A DNA stretch of 64,000 bases from Squalus acanthias (taxonomy: Eukaryota): NCBI GenBank assembly GCA_030390025.1, contig CM059432.1, forward strand, positions 28,894,001 through 28,958,000. Direction: 5' to 3'. Of this stretch, positions 10,464-21,593 are shown one piece after another (positions within the stretch are counted from its first letter, which is position 1; the number at the start of each line of letters is the position of its first letter). The position numbers and the translations under genes are program-made. The notes under the pieces are model-generated. The model worked only from the letters and a program-made list of their open reading frames with translations, had not been told where the DNA came from and did no database searches.

Positions 10464-12949
10464 GGGCGCGAGTAGTGTGGGTGGGGGGCAGGGCAAGCGG
10501 GAAGCTCCCAGGCCTCGCTTCAATTTCATTGATGGCCCCACCCGATCACGTCTGAAATCGGGCAGTCTGCCACTTGATGTGCACAATTTCAGGAAGGCCT
10601 CCCGAGGCTTACTTAAGGTAGGAATGCACCTCTTAAAGCGAGGTTGTTTTGAATTTAGTTTCAGCAGTGCTAGAAATAATTATGGCACCAGAGATAAGTC
10701 AGAGGGCTGCCCCCAGGTTTTCTGATGCCTCCCTGGAGGTCCTTGAGGAGGAGGTCAGGGCAAGGTGGGAGGTACTCTTCCTTAGCACCCGCAGAAGCAT
10801 TTGCAGGTGCACACATGTACTGGCCTGAACAGAGGTGGCTGACCGGGTTCGTGCCATGACCTGGCTTCAGTGTCGAAAGACTTTCAATGACTTCATAAGA
10901 GCAGCAAGGGTGAGTACACTTTTCTCATAATATCTGACAACCAATATTCGAGGTCCCAGCAGGCCGTTCACCAGCTGCAGCCGCTGGAAGAGATACCACG
11001 CATGCATGGCCGCACAGCAAATGTAAAGGGCCCTTGCAGGGGAAAAAAAATTAGAGGGAACATTGCTGACAACACTCCTTTCATCCCCTCCCACACCACT
11101 CTTAACAATTCCCTCCTCTCCATCCTTTAGCATACAATCACAAGACCTCACTGCAGCACCTCTCTTTCTCATTCCAAACATACTTATCTTTCTTTCATCT
11201 CTTCACACCACACAGTAACATCATTCACTTCTCACATCCTAGCACTTACACAACCACCAACTCTTCCCAGCAGTCCTTTGTCACTTCACATTCCACACAC
11301 TTGGGTTTACGTTCATCCCCTCCACATTCTCATTGCATCCTCCTTCTTCTCCACCCCCCAACACATGCACAAACCCTACACATCACCACTTATCTTTTCA
11401 ATAGCCACTCAGTAACTCACCTTCTCTTTCTGTAGGACAAGACAACACCTAATGCCAAGATGAGGACCAAGACTGGTGGATGAATATCCAACATTATAGC
11501 CCTCAACCCCTGAAGATTATTTACATAGGCGGAGCCCTGAGCATTGGGGAAGGCGAGGCTAGCAGCTGCATATTACTGGTAGCCCTTCATTCATCTCAGC
11601 AAATATTTAGCAAGCTTCACAACTTCTAGCTGTATTTTCAAGACTATCACCTGATAATATTCAGCTTCTCCTAACTCTTACTGAAGAGGAAAGGGACAAG
11701 AGGCTCCTGAAGAAGCTATCTCAGACGAGGACAGTCCTGCTGAGGATGCACGCGCTTCATCCCTCCCAAGCACTAGTACAGACATTGGCACTCTGCATAG
11801 GCTAAATAGTGAGGCAGAGATCTGCATGTGGTGAAACACCCAGTATGTGAGCAGTGGTAAGTACTGGTGGCAGGGACAGGCCAGAAGAGAGCTTGCTGGA
11901 GAGTGAGGTCCTCTCCCAGCTCTGCTGAGCAGGACAGAAATTAAGACTTCAGAGGCCCACCTTGAAAAGAAAACTACTTTCCTCACATAGGCTCGAGCAC
12001 CCAGAAGTCACCGGCCACAAGCATCTCATGGGTCCCAACATGAGGAACAGCAGCCTTCCGCCAGCTTTGCTGAGACCACTAGGGGAGCATCTCATAGAAG
12101 TAGTAGAGTTAGAAAACTATGAGTTGACGTATGAGAAATTAATGGAAGTAATTATTATGTTTACCATTAAATTAATCACCTTTATCACTTTTGGCACTTT
12201 GGTCTACAGTGTGCTTTTGTAGCAACTTCTGAGTCTGCATTGTCAGCATGTCATTGACATATAAGTTGTCTCAACAGTTTAAATATGCTTTAATGCAGAA
12301 TTAAGAGAATGGTGAAGGATGTAATAAGGACTTTTAATGCAGAGGGGTTCTGTGTCAGTTTTGAGGGCAGGGGAATGAGAAGGTCACTTGAATTGCTGAG
12401 AAGCACAGCCTCCTGATGCACTATTTTTCAGAAAGATTCAAGAAAATGACTCTTGGCCTGTACACCCTGTGTGCTGGGTATGACCTCCTACGAGCAGTCC
12501 CCCCCCCCCCTCACCTGCTGTCTTCTAATAGGCCCAGCTGCTGCTAGTTGCTGAGGCAGCTGCTGTTCCACCTCTTCATCCACTGTTCCTCCATCCAAAT
12601 AAAACTAGCAGCAATACCACTAAGCAGATAAATCTTACTGAGGGTAATAAGGCAGAAAAAATGAGAAAGAAGTGATCTTGAAACTGAAAACTCTCCTAGC
12701 AATCTAAATAGCACAAAGTTCCAGTGATCCAATTAGTTGTAGGCGAATACCCATTTAAATACTGCTTCAATAACTGAAAGACCAATGTCCCAGGTTTTAC
12801 TGGCGGGTTGAGCACTGGGTAGGATTTCCGTGATTTAGAGTTAAAATGGCGTTGGGGTCTTAATTGCGTCATAGCACCCTGATTTACATGGGGGTCCCTA
12901 AACCTTGGCTCTTGTGCCCCACTGTAGGGCGGGCAATTAAAATTGGGGC
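10464..12949. mobile_element. Decayed, internally deleted PIF/Harbinger element (copy 3)
   Basis: Plus strand: Myb exon 10682-10909 (MAPEISQRAAPRFSDASLEVL...TWLQCRKTFNDFIRAAR|GTGAGT, one stop), with remnants of exons 2 (~11437-11578) and 3. Minus strand ~12380-12500: RRSYPAHRVYRPRVIFLNLSEK*CIRRLCFS, the transposase N-terminus. Left boundary approximate. Confidence 0.8.
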
Positions 12950-13748
12950 TAAAGAATAGCAGGAGCATTACTTTGGGAGTACTTTCAGTGGAGCAGTGGC
13001 ATTATTTAGACACTTTTTGTTATATTTTGTTGTCAAATCATAATCCTGTAGTCCAGGTGCAGTAATAGGTAGGATGACCCTGGTTGGACAAGCAGCATGA
13101 AACTTGCCCTCCCACACACACACTTGGGGGTCCCTAAACCTTGGCTCTTGTGGTCCTGTGCCTAAGTTCTCTGAATTTATGTATGTGAGCTATGTCTATA
13201 CAGAAAGACTGTGTGCATTCCATATTGGGCAAATTCAACTTCCCGATAGCTTACTTTGGAGACTGATGTGTCAGGCACCCAACTGATCAAAACAAATGCT
13301 TTGGTGGATGTGGTGTTTTCAGCTCTGCAACAGATTAGCAGATTTTCTTTGGGTGTATTTTTCTTTGTGCGGCTGTCGTTCATAAGAAAAAGAAAAGCTT
13401 GCACCTCATCATGACTCTCAGAAAGCTATCAAAGCCCTTCACATACAATTAATTACTTTCAAATAAAGTAGCTGCGATTATATAGGCAAACTTTGCAGCC
13501 ATTTTGCACACAGCAAAATCCTATAACTAGCAATGAGATGAATCACTAATGAATCTGTTAATTAAGCTTACCTTGAAAGAGCATGGCCAGCCTCTGGAGG
13601 TCCCAAATTTGTTGTGGACATCCTTTACTGCCACCCAAGTTCTTTGCTGGTACCATCTGCACCCATTGTTAAGTTAGCATAAGGAAGCCCAGATTCTTAT
13701 CCATACATCTATTTTGCACTCCAGCTCATTGTTGCTTACCCTGTGGTT

Positions 13749-13962
13749 ATGATGCAGAGATGCCGGTGTTGGACTGGGGTGGACAAAAATGAGAAGTCGC
13801 ACAATACCAGGTTATAGTCCAACAGTTTTATTTAAAATTACGAGCTTTCGGAGCGCTGCTCCTTCTTCAGGTACAAGTACGAAGAAGGAGCAGCGCTCCA
13901 AAAGCTCGTAATTTTAAATAAAACTGTTGGACTATAACCTGGTGTTGTGCGACTTCTCATTT
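13749..13962 (-). mobile_element. Penelope-derived fold-back mini-element (214 bp)
   Basis: ~85-bp inverted arms around AGGTACAAGTAC; 13-bp TSD TTACCCTGTGGTT (13736-13748 and 13963-13975); the arm matches the terminal region of the GIY-YIG element at 60522-60610. Confidence 0.88.
13838..13874 (-). ncRNA. Minimal type I hammerhead ribozyme motif
   Basis: Minus strand gtac-CTGAAGA-A-GGAGC-agc-GCTCC-GAAA-GCTC-gtaa: intact core, 5-bp stem II, 3-bp stem I, palindromic AGCT in place of stem III. Confidence 0.75.
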
Positions 13963-15092
13963 TTACCCTGTGGTTGGTTGGGAAACTCTCAGTGAGCAGG
14001 TAATTCCCCTACCATATGTAGTAAAGGCCTGGGGAATTGAAGCTATCATTGAAGGTTCCTGGGTCTGCTTACAATGAAATTGACCAACTTGATTTGGGGG
14101 ATTTTGTGTTGACTTCTGGTGTGGAATGCATTCAACCAGCATTCCATCAGCATTGAAAATCATTCATGATTTGGACCTGTACTCAAGTTTGGTGGCAACT
14201 AAGCTTTGATCTTCATGCAGCCTGGAGTGCAGTGTGATTTTGTTATCTAAAGTCTCCTCTCGGGTTGCTGTAAGGTTGTACGTTGAAAAAGTTTCTTGCA
14301 GATTAAACCTCTCACATTTATAATTTGGCATTAATTTCCATTAAATGAGCAATTTCACAGAGAATGGCTGGTGTGAGAAATTGAACATGCCACACTGGTG
14401 CAGTAAGAGGTGTTCTGAATTTAGGATTAAGGCAGCTTGTTGGGCCAGAGTAGTGAGAGCTTTAGGTTGCATCTGTTCTGTGCCATACAAAATCTGGGAG
14501 TGGCAAGTCCCTGTGTTTCACCTCTTTGGCACTAACATTGATAATCTTAATAGGCACAAAAATTCACTTGAAAGAAACTTACGTACAACATTGTAATTGT
14601 AGAACTTGATTTAATATCACAGCATGTATTTGGAAGATGCCAATAAAATGTAATAAAAATCAAAATATTGTGTGTAAGTGTGAGGAATTAAGTCATGAAT
14701 TGGTCTCCTTATTGTTTCTTTGGAGATTTCTTACTTGCATGGGTCTGTGCAACTAACAGAATTGTTGCCCTTCCCATTTCATGACCTGACCCATGAAGGA
14801 TTACGTTGTGTCCTGACCTGACTGAAATAGGTCGTGTATGGCTGAGAGCATATAGCACCTGTTTGAAAGGCAGGATATGCCTTACTAGTGCTGAGTGTGG
14901 GAACAGGGTTCACACTACTCGGGTACCTCACTATTCTTTCTGCGCAGTCTGTGAGATCAGCACATGCTGGGTTAAAAGTTAAAACAGCTTTCTGCTGAGC
15001 CTGGGTTGTAAATTGGCTATGAGGATTTTGGGGAAAGGATGTCTTCAGGGGAAAGATAATAGTAGGATGTGTAAGAGTCATTCAACCATATT

Positions 15093-17384
15093 TCATAGAA
15101 TCAGAGAAAATTACAGCACGGAAGGAGGCCATTTCGGCCCATCGTGTCCGCGCCGGCCAACAAAGAGCTATCCAGCCTAATCCCACTTCCCAGCTCTTGG
15201 CCCGTAGCCCTGCAGGTTAGAGCATCCCAAGTGCACATCCAAGTACTTTTTAAATGTGGTTAGGGTTCCTGCCTCTACCACCCTTTCAGGCAGTGAGTTC
15301 CAGACCCCCACAACCCTCTGGGTGAAGAAATTTCTCCTCAAATCTCCTCTAAACCTTCCACCAATTACTTTAAATCTGTGCCCCCTGGTTTTTGACCCCT
15401 CTGCTAAGGGAAACAGGTCCTTTCTATCCACTTTATCTATGCCCCTCATAATTTTATACACCTCAATAAGATCTCCCCTCAGCCTCCTCTGTTCCAAGGA
15501 AAACAGACCCAGCCTATCCAGTCTTTCCTCATAGCTAAGATTCTCTACTCCCAGCAACATCCTTGTAAATCTCCTCTGTACCCTCTCTAGTGCAATCACA
15601 TCTTTCCTGTAATGTGGTGACCAGAACTGCATGCAGTTCTCTCGCTGAGGCCCAACTAGTATTTTATACAGTTGAAGCATAACCCCCCTGCTCTTGTATT
15701 CTATGCCACGGCTAATAAAGGCAAGCATTCCGTATGCCTTCTTAACCACCTTATCTACCTGGCCTGCTACCTTCAGGGATCTGTGGACATGCACTCCAAG
15801 GTCCCTTTGTTCCTCTGCACTACTCAGTGTCCTACCATTTAATGTGTATTCCCTTTCCTTGTTAGCCCTCCCCAAATGCATTACCTCACACTTCTCCGGA
15901 TTGAATTCCATTTGCCACTGTTCTGCCCACCTGACCAATTTATTGATATCTTCCTGCAGTCTACAGCTTCCTTCTTCAGTATCAACCATACAGACAATTT
16001 TAGTATCATCTGCAAACTTCTTAACCATACCCCCTATATTCACGTCTAGATCATTGATATATACCACAAAAAGCAAGGGACCTAGTACTGAGCCCTGCGG
16101 AACCCCACTGGAAACAGCCTTCCAGTCACAAAAACTCCCATCAACCATTACCCTCTGCTTCCTGTCTCCGAGCCAGTTTTGAATCCAACTTGACACTTTG
16201 CCCTGGATCCCATGGGCTTTTAACTTTGTGACCACTCTGCCATGTGGAACCTTATCAAAAGCCTTGCTAAAGCCAATATAAACTACATCAAACGCACTAC
16301 CCTCATCTACCCTCCTTGTTACCTCCTCAAAAAATTCAATCAAGTTTGTCAGATACGACCTTCCCTTAACAAATCCGTGCTGACTATCCTTGATTAATCC
16401 GTGTCTTTCTAAATGAAGATTTATCCTGTCCTTCAGAATTCTTTCCAATAATTTTCCCAGCACCGAGGTTAGGCTGACTGGCCTGTAATTACTCGGTCTA
16501 TCCTTTTCTCCCTTTTTAAACAAGGGTACCACATTAGCAGTCCTCCAGTCCTCCGGCACCACACCTGAAGCCAGAGAGGATTGAAAAATGATGGTCAGGG
16601 CCTCTACTATTTCCTCTTTTGCTTCGCTTAACAACCTGGGATACATTTCATCCGGGCCTGGGGATTTATCCACTTTTAAAGCTGCTAAACCCCTTAATAC
16701 TTCCTCTCTCACTATATTTATTTCATCTAATATTTCACACTCCTCCCCCGATAGCAACGTCTGCTTCGCCCCTCTTCTTTGTGAAAACAGACGCAAAGTA
16801 TTCATTAAGAACCCTACTGACATCTCCCGCCTCCACACACAGTTTACCCTCATGATCTCTACCCTTTATTTAGTTATCCTCTTACTCTTAATATATTTAT
16901 AAAACATCTTTGGGTTTTCCTTGATTTTACTTGCCAAGAATTTTTCATGCTCTCTCTTTGCTTTCCTAATATCCTTTTTAATTGCACCCCTGTACTTTCT
17001 GTACTCCTCTAAAGATTCTGGAGTATTTAGCCCTCGGTATCTGTCATACGCCTCCCTTTTTTTCTTTCTCCTACCCTGTATGTTCCTAGACATCCAGGGA
17101 GCTCTAGATTTGTTAGTCCCACCTTTTTTCTTTAAGGGCACCTATTTGGTCTGAACCCCCCGGATCTCCTCCTTGAATGCCTCCCTACCTTCAAGAAGCT
17201 GTTTCCAGTCCACTATGGCTAAATCCCCTCTGAGCTTAGCAAAATTTGCTCTTCCCCAATTTAGAATTTTTATTCCTGGTCTATCCTTGTCCTTTTCCAT
17301 AACTACCTTAAATCAGAAATTTGTCTACATATTTGCTCTTCTATCTCCCTCTCACTGTTTGGGGGTCTGTAGTACACTCCCAGT
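15093..17384 (-). mobile_element. CR1 LINE, 5'-truncated with internal deletions
   Basis: Contains the RT ORF, the ORF2 linker fragment (16866-17141) and endonuclease remnants; 3' UTR ends in a (TGATTCTA)-type tail. Confidence 0.93.
15177..16853 (-). CDS. CR1 ORF2 reverse transcriptase (C-terminal part, uninterrupted)
   Basis: [43 protein letters not shown] and the CR1 C-terminal RRLRGDLIEVYK motifs. The first ~35 aa are probably out of frame; the element is not autonomous. Confidence 0.9.
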   Translation of the reverse strand: MRVNCVWRREMSVGFLMNTLRLFSQRRGAKQTLLSGEECEILDEINIVREEVLRGLAALKVDKSPGPDEMYPRLLSEAKEEIVEALTIIFQSSLASGVVPEDWRTANVVPLFKKGEKDRPSNYRPVSLTSVLGKLLERILKDRINLHLERHGLIKDSQHGFVKGRSYLTNLIEFFEEVTRRVDEGSAFDVVYIGFSKAFDKVPHGRVVTKLKAHGIQGKVSSWIQNWLGDRKQRVMVDGSFCDWKAVSSGVPQGSVLGPLLFVVYINDLDVNIGGMVKKFADDTKIVCMVDTEEGSCRLQEDINKLVRWAEQWQMEFNPEKCEVMHLGRANKEREYTLNGRTLSSAEEQRDLGVHVHRSLKVAGQVDKVVKKAYGMLAFISRGIEYKSRGVMLQLYKILVGPQRENCMQFWSPHYRKDVIALERVQRRFTRMLLGVENLSYEERLDRLGLFSLEQRRLRGDLIEVYKIMRGIDKVDRKDLFPLAEGSKTRGHRFKVIGGRFRGDLRRNFFTQRVVGVWNSLPERVVEAGTLTTFKKYLDVHLGCSNLQGYGPRAGKWD

Positions 17385-17588
17385 TGAATGTGTCAACTTG
17401 ATAACTTTGTTTAGGGAGGGGAAGGTTTTATTGCGGCAATAAAACAATTAGATGAGTTGAGAGCCTGGATGTTTAATTTATGTTATTCTGTGGCATTTGT
17501 ATGTACCTTTGATGTACCATGATTTTATTGGTAGTATGCATGGAATGTAGTGATCAAAAGCAAAATTTAGTGTAAGAAATGTAAGGAA

Positions 17589-17772
17589 ACACTGGAATCA
17601 TGGATAGTGTGATCTCTCAGCAGCTAGCTCACACTGGGTTGGATAGTGTGTGTCTCAAAAGCAGCTTGTGCTCACACTGGTTTGGTGAAGTGTGTGTCTC
17701 AGCAGCTCGCATACTGGTTTTGTGTAGTATAAAAAGACTTGTGCACTCATACTGGTTGTGGATAGTATGAGG
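17589..17772. repeat. Degenerate ~40-bp tandem repeat (4-5 units)
   Basis: TGGATAGTGTG...CAGCT...CACACTGGTT recurs at ~17601, 17640, 17682, 17721 and 17759. Confidence 0.65.
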
Positions 17773-19078
17773 TTTCAATGAAGACCTGATCCTGCATTAC
17801 TACAACTGAGTGTGTGTGCAGTCTGACGTTTAAAGCAACAAAACGAAAAAGAACAAGAACAAGAAAGCTGTCCAACACTGAGCTAGTTTCTTTTGATCGG
17901 GAAATGGAAAACACTTCATAGCGAAGGAGTGGGTTGTGGAAAATTAGCATTGTTAGTGGTGTCAATTAGCTCATAGTTATAAAATAAATGTAAAGCAGGT
18001 AATGAACACTCTCTCTTTCTCTCTCTCTCTCTCTCTCACACACACCCCACACCTACCCAGAGATTTGTTCCTTGATTGTCGTACCTGTTTATAGATGAAG
18101 AATTTCCAGGTGTCAGATATTAGCTAAAGTACAAACGTTCCAAATCCCTGTCCATTTAAGACAATGTGACAGAGGTTTGATCCTACTCAGGTAAATTGGC
18201 TGGTATGTTCTCCCTGGAATGTTTTTATTTGTACACAAGTATAACTGGAAGGGAGCATTTGACAGATGGTGCATGCCCAAAGGCATTCAAGTTAATAATG
18301 GAAATTTTTAGATATTTGAAAGTCCTCAAAGTTTGCTCATACAGCAATTCCCCAAAATATAGAATTGAAATTTTTACAATACAAATAAAATGCTTTGGGC
18401 TCGATTTTCCCAGGTCCGAGGTGGCGGGTTTGGAGGCGTGTGAGTTGTTAAAATTGCAAAAAATGGCGGGCGGATCCGATCCCGCCTCCAGCCCGCCTCT
18501 GAGCAATTTTCCCACAATCGTGGTTTCAGATCCCGTTTCCATCCCGCCTCCAAAAGGCGGGATAGGCCCTTAAGGCCCTTACAATCAGTTAAGTGCCTCT
18601 ATAATCCCATTTTGAGAGGCCTTTCTGAATTTAACACATTTCCCCCGTGCTGCACGTCTCCTCTGGAACACGCCAGTTAATCCTGGCGGCCTCACAAGTG
18701 GATTGCTTACTAACAGCTGCAGCTCCACCATTAAAGAGGAGTTTTCAGCAATGATCATTTGCAGGTGGCAGAACTTTGTTGTCTCAGGTCTGGGGGAACT
18801 TTTAGCAGGCCTACTCATTGTTGTGGAAGTTTGGAGCCTGACACCCATCTCCAGTGTGACCTCCTGGGAAACCCCTCTCCCCACCTTGACTGAGCGCTTC
18901 CTCAACTGAAGCATAGGAACCATTTATTTCTTTCCTCCTGGACATCAGATTCGGACGAAGACCAGCCACGGCAGCAGCAGAACCCTGAACAACAGCAGCA
19001 CCAACAGCAGGAGCAACAACAGGAGCGCCAAGCGGCAGTCACCCACCTGAAGTTGCACAGGCCAGAAGGCACCAGCGC

Positions 19079-21324
19079 ATGGAAGCACGTCGCCGCAGGA
19101 GATACCCCCAAAACAGGGTTTACAGACAGAGGATGAGCTACCTCAACATGACTGAGCAGCAGTGCCAAAGGAGGCTCAGACTTTCACGAGAGGTAGTGGG
19201 TGACATCTGCGCAATGCTGCAGCAAGACCTGGAGCCCAGAGGAGCGGGTGGACACCCCTTACCAGTGGGCGTCAAAGTCACCACTGCACTCAACTTTTTT
19301 GCTTCCGCCTCATTCCAGGGATCAGCAGCAGACATCAGCGGCGTCTCCCAGGCGGCCGCACACACTTGCATCACGCAGGTAACCGATGCCCTCTTTGCCA
19401 TCGTGCACAATTACATTAACTTCTCCAAGGATCAAGCAAGTGTAACCGCGCGTGCGGTTGGGTTTGCGAATCTGGCAGGCTTTCCAAGGGTGCAGGGCAT
19501 CGTTGACTGCACACATGTGGCCCTTAAGGCACCCCATCACAATCCAGGTATTTTTGTCAACCGCAAGGGCTTCCACTCCCTCAACGTGCAGCTGGTGTGT
19601 GACCACAAGAAGGAAATTTTGCATGTTTGTGCCAATTACCCTGGCAGTTGCCATGACTCCTTCATCCTGCGCCAGTCTAGTGTGTGTAGGGAGTGGTGGT
19701 TTTGTGTCAGCTTCACCTCTGACTTCTGAGCAGTTCGAATCGCTCCCACTCACTTGATTCTAGACCCTGGACTTATTTGGGGGTGCAGCAGACAACTGAG
19801 TTTGATGAAAGAACTTCAATCTTTATTAAAAGGTAAAACACGAATGACAACACTCTTAACACTCTAAAGGTGGGGAACACTTCGGTACAAGCGAGGGAAA
19901 TAACATTAGGAGAATACTTCACCCTCCCAATCCCACTTCACTAGCTAGGTTGGACTCTGGAGAACCAGGGATAATGCTCACCAAACGAATCCTTGACATT
20001 TGAGAGTTAGGGTTTAGAGTCTTTTGAGTAAAAGGTTTCGTAAGGCCCTTGTTGCCGCAAGGAATCTGATGGTCACTGGAACTGTTGCTCTGGTTTCTTC
20101 TTGCGTGTCGGCCTGCTTCTGGAGCTGTTGGCTTTCTTTGTTGAACTTCTTTCTGTTGAACTCTGCCTCTGTTTAAACTGTCTTCTTCTGAGCTGTGGAA
20201 CTGCCTTCTGTTGAACTTGAACTGTTGTTACTGCTGAACTGCTTGATGGGCCTTCAATTATACTAAATTGAAGTGGCCTTATCAAAACCAAATCAAATCC
20301 TGGTCATTGTAAGACCTCGTTAACAGTAATGACTTTACTAGCGTGTTAACTGGTTTTTGTAAATGTGTGAAGTGGTTTCAGGATAGCTCCATCCTGTCGA
20401 TCTGTTGTTTAATCAGAGTTTGAATTGTCCTCATGTTTTGGGTTTCTTGACTGGGTCTTGGACTTCTATAGAATATTTGCTTTATGCATGTCTTTAATGG
20501 GTTATGTAATCGGTTTGATGGGACCTGTTGTTTTGGGTGGGACTGTCTTCTCCTAGGGTCTATTGTCAAAATGTTAATGCTTGCTGGGGCTTTGAGTGAG
20601 GTCATCCCGGTTCCCCAGACATTGCAATTAACTGCAATAACCAAAACTGCTTTTGCAGAGGTTGAACCCACCTTCTTTTGCAGCCTTTTTCTCCCTTTAC
20701 AGGCCCAGACATGTTTTAAAATGCCAAAACTTGGTTTTTGGTCTTACAGTCTCTTAGGTTAGGCTGTAATGCAATATTATCACTCTGAGGTAGTTCCAAA
20801 GTCCTTTTTCCTTAGGTTTTGGGGATCTGCAAATTTTGGAAACCTTACATGTGCCTCCGCTCTTCAGTCCACCAGACCAACTTTCCGGATGTCTATTTGG
20901 AGACAAGGGCTATCCCCTGAAGACGTGGCTAATGATGCTGTTGAGGAGCCCATCCAACAAAGCTGAGGAGCGCTACAACTCCAGCCACATTTCCACCAGA
21001 TCCATAATCGAGCAAACCATCTGCTTGCTGAAGATGCGATTCGGATGCCTTGATAGATCAGGTGGAGCCCTGCAGTACTCAGCAGCCAGGGTCTCTAGAA
21101 TCGTCGTGGTCTGCTGTGCACTTCACAACATGGCACAGCATTGTGGCTTGCAGCTTGCTGAGGTACAAGTGGCTGATCGCATAACCTCCTCAAATGAGGA
21201 AGAGGAGGAGGAGGAGAGCGACAACGAACAGGTTACGGAGGCGCATCAACCAGAGGCAGCAGCATGCAAGCACATTGCTACCCGGGATGCAAGGGACGCA
21301 CTCATCTTGGCCAGATTTGCTTAG
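19079..21324 (+). pseudogene. Harbinger (HARBI1-like) DDE transposase, split by a solo LTR
   Basis: 19079-19684 joins in frame to 20854-21324 (..[12 protein letters not shown]..), giving 358 codons with IVDCTHV, HDSFIL, GDKGY and RSIIEQ motifs. The true start is probably upstream (~18915) and mutated. Confidence 0.92.
19685..20849 (-). mobile_element. Solo LTR (1165 bp)
   Basis: TGTAGGG...CCTTACA termini, 4-bp TSD TGTG, AATAAA on the minus strand at ~19822, no coding capacity. Confidence 0.88.
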
Positions 21325-21593
21325 CTTGCCCAATCAAACACTTTTGCCTCGCACCTTCTTACCAGAGCATTGACAATGGACAAGAACCTGTGGATTCCTA
21401 TCACTCTGACCACCATACTGACAATTGCAAGTCGCCCATAGCCCTCAATGTGGAAGTCCCATTTGCGAAATGACACAGGCCACAACTTCAACAGTTTGCC
21501 ATCAAATTTTTTTATCATCACAATTCACGGATGGCTTTTCAAAAATAAACACAACAGAACACCCAAGTGACTACCCTTGTGACTACTTGTGCT

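Noticed and set aside
12513..12697. Apparent minus-strand host exon with a CAG|GTGAGG donor
   Set aside because: Runs directly into the decayed Harbinger transposase N-terminus.
13786..13962. Pre-miRNA or DNA-transposon MITE interpretation of the hairpin
   Set aside because: Homology to the Penelope terminus, the asymmetric tail and the 13-bp TSD point to a retroelement origin.
15256..16902. Plus-strand ORFs antisense to CR1 RT (similar ones at 32.9, 34.2 and 39-41 kb)
   Set aside because: Recurrent shadow frames of LINE ORF2.
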